A DNA stretch of 64,000 bases. It comes from Chrysomallon squamiferum. Lineage: Eukaryota > Animalia > Mollusca. The stretch spans positions 12,152,001 through 12,216,000 of the forward strand of contig CM022671.1 of NCBI GenBank assembly GCA_012295275.1. Reading direction: 5' to 3'. The translations under genes were made by a program, and so were the position numbers. Below are positions 58,899-64,000 of this stretch, piece by piece (the first letter of the stretch is position 1; every line of letters starts with the position of its first letter). The notes below the pieces were generated by a model. It saw only the letters and a list, made by a program, of their open reading frames with translations. It was not told the DNA's origin and searched no databases.

Positions 58899-59435
58899 CT
58901 TCATTTATTTCCTGTTTCATTTTAAGAATTATTTTTAATAAATGCATTTGAATTGAAAGTGATCCCAGATTGTAGATATTTGGTATTCTTATCATAACAC
59001 CTTTTCTAGCTAGGCTCATCTTTTTATAGAATTATAAAAAGAACTGAGATTTTTGTTGTTTCCTAATTCTGTTGTATAACTGTATTCAATACAAACTGGA
59101 ATCAAGATGGAATTTGCCTTTAATGATCTAATGTAGACAGATTTTGTTACAGTAATTTCCTTGCATATTAATGCAGTTTATTTACATTTGCATGCTTACT
59201 ATGTGTTAGATTTTTGATGTTTTATGTGTGAATTATTTTTAGTTTTAACTTTTAAGTTTTGCATGTATTTATTTGTGTTCACTGTGTGCATGTTGGCATG
59301 TGCTTGGTTTCTTGCAGTCGTTGGCCAGTCAGGCTTTGGAGTATTCTGAAGTTACTTCCCCTGTCACCCCTACCTTGGACTTTCTTGGCCCTGAAATGGC
59401 CGACTTGCAGCAATTGCTTGCTACCATGACAACAG
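51263..59435 (+). CDS. CTTNBP2: Cortactin-binding protein 2 / CTTNBP2NL family (STRIPAK-associated), 5' portion; the long form probably continues beyond the window
   Basis: Exons 51263-51343, 52911-53012, 53427-53666, 54157-54264, 54595-55737, 59318-59435. Family motifs SKSDLLRLLGYLEGELQGRDITIATLRAE, YGRFGLGDPFIALQRD, ELEDEKRKHAQDTAQGDDVTYMLEKERERLKQ, LSEFDIEREQLK, and Pro-rich RGVPPPLPPNKP. Read-through of exon 5 gives a stop at 55758. Confidence 0.92.
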
Positions 59436-61227
59436 GTAATGGGCAAAGTTTTGCTTATTTTAGTGCAAAGCATTCATCATTTTCATTTCATAACTTGGTA
59501 TACATCTTTATTCATTTTATTTATAAAAGGTCACTATCTGTTTATTTATTTGCACAGTTTTCTTTCCGTTTTTTATTCATCTCATTTCTAAGTTAAGTAT
59601 TTATCATCTGTCAATTTCATTATAATCATAAATAGATAAAAGTAAAACATGTATGAAAATAATCTATTTAATATAAACAGTATCAAGCAATTTAAAAATA
59701 TAGTTAATATTTCTTCAGTAACCAGTATATCATACTTGCAAGAACAGTATTTAGTTTTAATTTTAAAAAAGTTAGTGCTCTATGTAATGTCTACAATGAA
59801 GGCTACCCCTATCATCAGTAATAATAATTGTGAAGATGTTACTGATTTAACTTGGTCCAATAAAAGTGTGTGTGTGTAAAACTAAATACAGGCAGCCAAA
59901 TTGTCTCAGTATTGTGCAAAACACACTGTGACCTAGGCAGACCATGATAAATATTGTTAATGTTAGAGAATGTAAAACTAATAATTTATGTCTACTGTTG
60001 GCACTCTCTGCAGTTGCACTTTGAATCATAGGGAAAGGATTCAGAAATAAAAGTGTTCTGGCCAAAATAAAAGAATGGCACATGTATTAAATGACATTCG
60101 AGGTTTTCTTCAGTACATATTGATCCACTGAACAACACAAGTGATGAAGTATTGAAGTGATGATTACATTATTTTTTTTTAAATTCAGTTTTATACAGTG
60201 AATTAAAAAATATATCTTTAGTTTATAAACACTAATCAATACAGAACCAAATTTAATACATGAAAATATGTTGAGGTCCTTGATATCACTATAATTCATT
60301 CTTAAAATATCATCAAAGATTTGTTAACTGGATACAGATAATAGTAATATGTGATGCTAGATTACAGCTTTACCATTATGCTTTGCATTAAGTTTAATAT
60401 CACAGGTAGTGTTACCAGTGTATTAAAATTATAAGAAAGGAAATGAGAAGAGGTGAGAAAAGTTGTTGAGAAGAAATACCAATCCATATACAAGTTGAAG
60501 AGCTCTGGTTTAACATTAATAAAAGATACTTGAAACTTTCAAAAAATTGAAAAGGGCAAAATAAAGAGTGATATCCTTTATTTTAAAATTATTTTATTTG
60601 CAAATCTCATGATAAAATTAACTAGTTGAAAAAATATAACAAAAACTGGAATCATTTCAGAAGTGTGATGCAGTTTGCTTCTTTTTATTATTAAAAATAA
60701 AATGTTACATATACTCAAACAAATAATAATTGTTTAACTAACACAAACTCTTGATTAGCTAAAAAATAATAATCACCATGTTTCACAGTTATTTTTAATA
60801 ACTATCCTTGAACCTAATTTCTGATCAAGTTGTAAAAGATGGGAGACAGCAAATATAACCTGTGAGATGATGTGCAGACTTCTGCCTGGGGAATACGATG
60901 AAGAGTGGACGTCTGAAATTGATTATCTGCAGATGAGTGCTGTTTGATCTTTGCAGGCTATTGATTTCTCCACCTGTCAGAGTAGTAAAAAGTTGGCAGT
61001 AGAACTGTAACTTGTTCAGATGGCATGCTACAAGATTAACTCTGTTATCTTTATGAGTTGATATACACATTTCCAGTGATGTAGTATGTCCCTGTGATAT
61101 GGCTAAATGCCAAACATAATGTTTGTTGGATTTTAGCTGGTCCTAGAAGATATTCCTTCTGTTTTTTATTTTTATTTTGTTTATTATTATTATTTATTTA
61201 TTTTTAAATTGATAATTAAATTATGTA

Positions 61228-61267
<40 letters not shown>

Positions 61268-64000
61268 ATAATAAATAATAAATTAATAAATAAATAAAAA
61301 TAAATGCAGTAATATTCCTGTCAGTCAAACCTTTTACCAGCCTGAGAATATGTTGATAGCTTCTTTTGTTTCTCCAAGAAATAAAGTAATCTAATTAAAT
61401 TACTATATATATGTATATATTATATATATATATAATTTTTTTTTATGAGAAAAAAGCTTAAATTCTAAATACAATTAAAAAACAATTTTTAACATAATAA
61501 TCTTATCCCTCTTGTTAATGTATGTCAGTTATTAACTTTTTCTGTAAAATCAGTTGTCATGAAAAGTAGTTAATCTCAGATTTACTTAGACTTTTAGAAG
61601 ATAAGGAAGCTTTGTCTATTTGACAGACAACTATTATTAACATATTTTAACAGCCAGAAATGTTTCCTTAATACCTGCATAAAACAGATTACACACACAT
61701 ATTTAAGTAAATCATATGAATTCTTTTGATTACATTTAAATATTTTAACAAAATAAAATTAGACAGTTTGGTATTTCTAACCATTACAATAATTATCATG
61801 ACAAACAAACAAAGAAAAAACCCAACAAAGAAAATTTATTAAACATTGTTTAGTTGTAATAGGTAAAAATTAGACTAAATTTTCAAGCTGTTTAATAACA
61901 GCAACAAATACAGGCAGTTTGACCAGAGGAACTGCCTATGTAATGGATATTTGTTTTATAGTTCTCTGTATAAATACAGTATATTCCTGAAGATCTTTCA
62001 CTAAATTAGCAGCTTTTGTTTGTATTGATTTTTGTCTTTCTCCAATTTGTTTGTGGCTCATCTGTTATGAATGAGGTATATAGCATTTGGATGTCATTAG
62101 GCAATTAAGGCTGACAAGAATGAGAAAAATAACCTTCTGAGGGAGTTCTCAGAACCATTTAGACAGCTGTTGAAAAAAAACAATTGGAGATTACTGAATT
62201 ATTATTGATTAATGACTTTAATCCTGACTGCCATAATGTCTCTGTACCTTATCTGCATTAACTCTGTAAATATACTTCATGAAATGCACAAACAGAAAAA
62301 CAGAAAGATGCTTTAGAGCCACTCAAAAAAGAGAGAGAATAATTTCAGAAGCTAAACCTTTTTGAAAAAAGAAATTATTAAAAAATAAAAATTAAAAATT
62401 ATTTCTCTTAATTTATGTCTTGAAAAGAAATTGTTGATTATAAATAAAATATTGTAAAATATTTTTACTAAATATTAAAAATTATTTTATTTTTTCAATA
62501 TACCCAGGAGCTTCTTGCACTTTATTTTTCAGTTTATAGTAGTGATAAAATAATAATTGACTAATTTTAACTTTCAAATTCTATTTTTATTGTTATTGTT
62601 GGTCTTTCTTGCTTCTTAGGTCTGAAACATATTTCTGTGAGATGCTACTGAATTGTGTCTGTGCATGGCCTTCCTTTACAGTGTGTATGTGCATACCTTT
62701 ATTTAATAATTTATTAAAATGTAAATTAGTTTGTATGTTAGTTCTTAATAAATAAGCAACTTTTATTTTTTATCTATAAATTATCTTCAGCATAAATTTT
62801 ATTGACAAACATTTTTAGTCTAATTGTACTGTGCCAGCATTTTCTTTTATATTTATCTATCTGGAAAAGAGGCTAGAAATTACTTTAATGTTTTCAAATA
62901 TATACTGTCAGGCTTTGAAAATTCAGTCTTCAAAGTCAGGTCTTTTATCAGCTCCTGTATATGCTAGTAATAGCAATCTTCCAAAATTCAAGTGCCAATA
63001 ACTTGAAAACCTCTTTCTCAAAGTCATTTTGCATTTCCAGAAATTAGCCCTTGAAAACTCGAAATGCTGGAATGGTTAGTCTATTGTTTTCATGGGTATT
63101 TACAGAACAATGACATATTGATTAAGTTGCTTTGGTCATCTGTGTCTGTACCAAGCATAGAGCCTCTTTATAAATAATGCATAACTGCAGACAGTCTCTA
63201 ACAAAATGTTGTAGTAAACTGAAAATTAACTGAATGGTGTTTGTTTTCACTTAACACCATACATAAATCTGATGTAATAGAAATCACTTGGCTGTACATT
63301 ATAACTTGGCATCTACATGATGAATTTGTTGAGTCTGAATTGTCATATGTTTCATAGTTTTATTAGAACAGACTGTTAATGCTAGAAAGTATATGACCAA
63401 ATCTTTGTTGAATACAGTACCTAGTCAGTTAACACTGTAGCATTTTTAAACTAAACTTTAGATAAGTGTATTCATTGTTGTGTCTGTTTCTGTAAACAAT
63501 GTGTATTCTGTGCTTGCTTGTCAGGATTTGTTGTAACTGGAATACAAAATCAGTAGTGGAGTCATATCATTTAGTTATCCATAAAGTGTGAAAGAAACTG
63601 GCAATTAAAGTTTATTGGTTCAGAACTGTTTGGTACAAAAATATTAGTATTAATGTTGTTTGCATGTTTGGTGTTGTAAATTAATTTTAAATGTTTTTTT
63701 TTTAAATGATAAAGATTATTTGGGTATTTATTTGGGTATTTGTTTATTTATCTTTTTTATCTTTTTTAAAATGACCACCATATTAAGAATAAAGTTATTA
63801 AGCTTAGTTTTAATGCGTAAGTCAGTTTATTAAGAATAATAATGACAGTTATGTACAGTAAATAATGTGGGATAAATGCTTGAATTTACTTTAGTATCAT
63901 TTAAATCAAAATACTGAGTTACATGATCAGATGTTTAAATCCAGTTCTAGGTAGATCTCATGTTGATAATTCTGTTCCAGGTGTTGTCATGATATAAACT

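Noticed and set aside
59436-64000. Further CTTNBP2 exons or another gene
   Set aside because: No convincing exon with both splice sites and family similarity was found. Treated as intron or long UTR.

Overview
AT-rich, intron-rich animal genomic DNA. A mollusc-like or other lophotrochozoan origin is inferred from gene content and composition only. Manual splicing of the sequence gives seven protein-coding genes: (1) the 5' part of a matrix metalloproteinase (- strand, runs off the left edge); (2) a 23-exon, ~973-aa secreted protein with a bacterial-type right-handed parallel beta-helix (GH141-like) body and three copies of an unrecognised 4-Cys C-terminal repeat, whose frame needs three GC-AG introns; (3) delta-tubulin (-); (4) MRPL50 (+), head-to-head with delta-tubulin; (5) a RING/B-box/coiled-coil/SPRY TRIM protein; (6) a 9-exon mitochondrial-clan, CYP44-like P450, preceded by a decayed partial duplicate that shares a perfectly identical 133-bp core; (7) the 5' part of CTTNBP2/CTTNBP2NL. 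The window also holds a Tigger/pogo transposon relic, possible MITE and SINE remnants, many microsatellites and a mosaic CpG-depletion pattern. The beta-helix gene is the best novelty candidate: possibly an intron-domesticated, bacterial-like carbohydrate-active enzyme with a new repeat domain. All gene models are hand-derived and not validated by RNA data.
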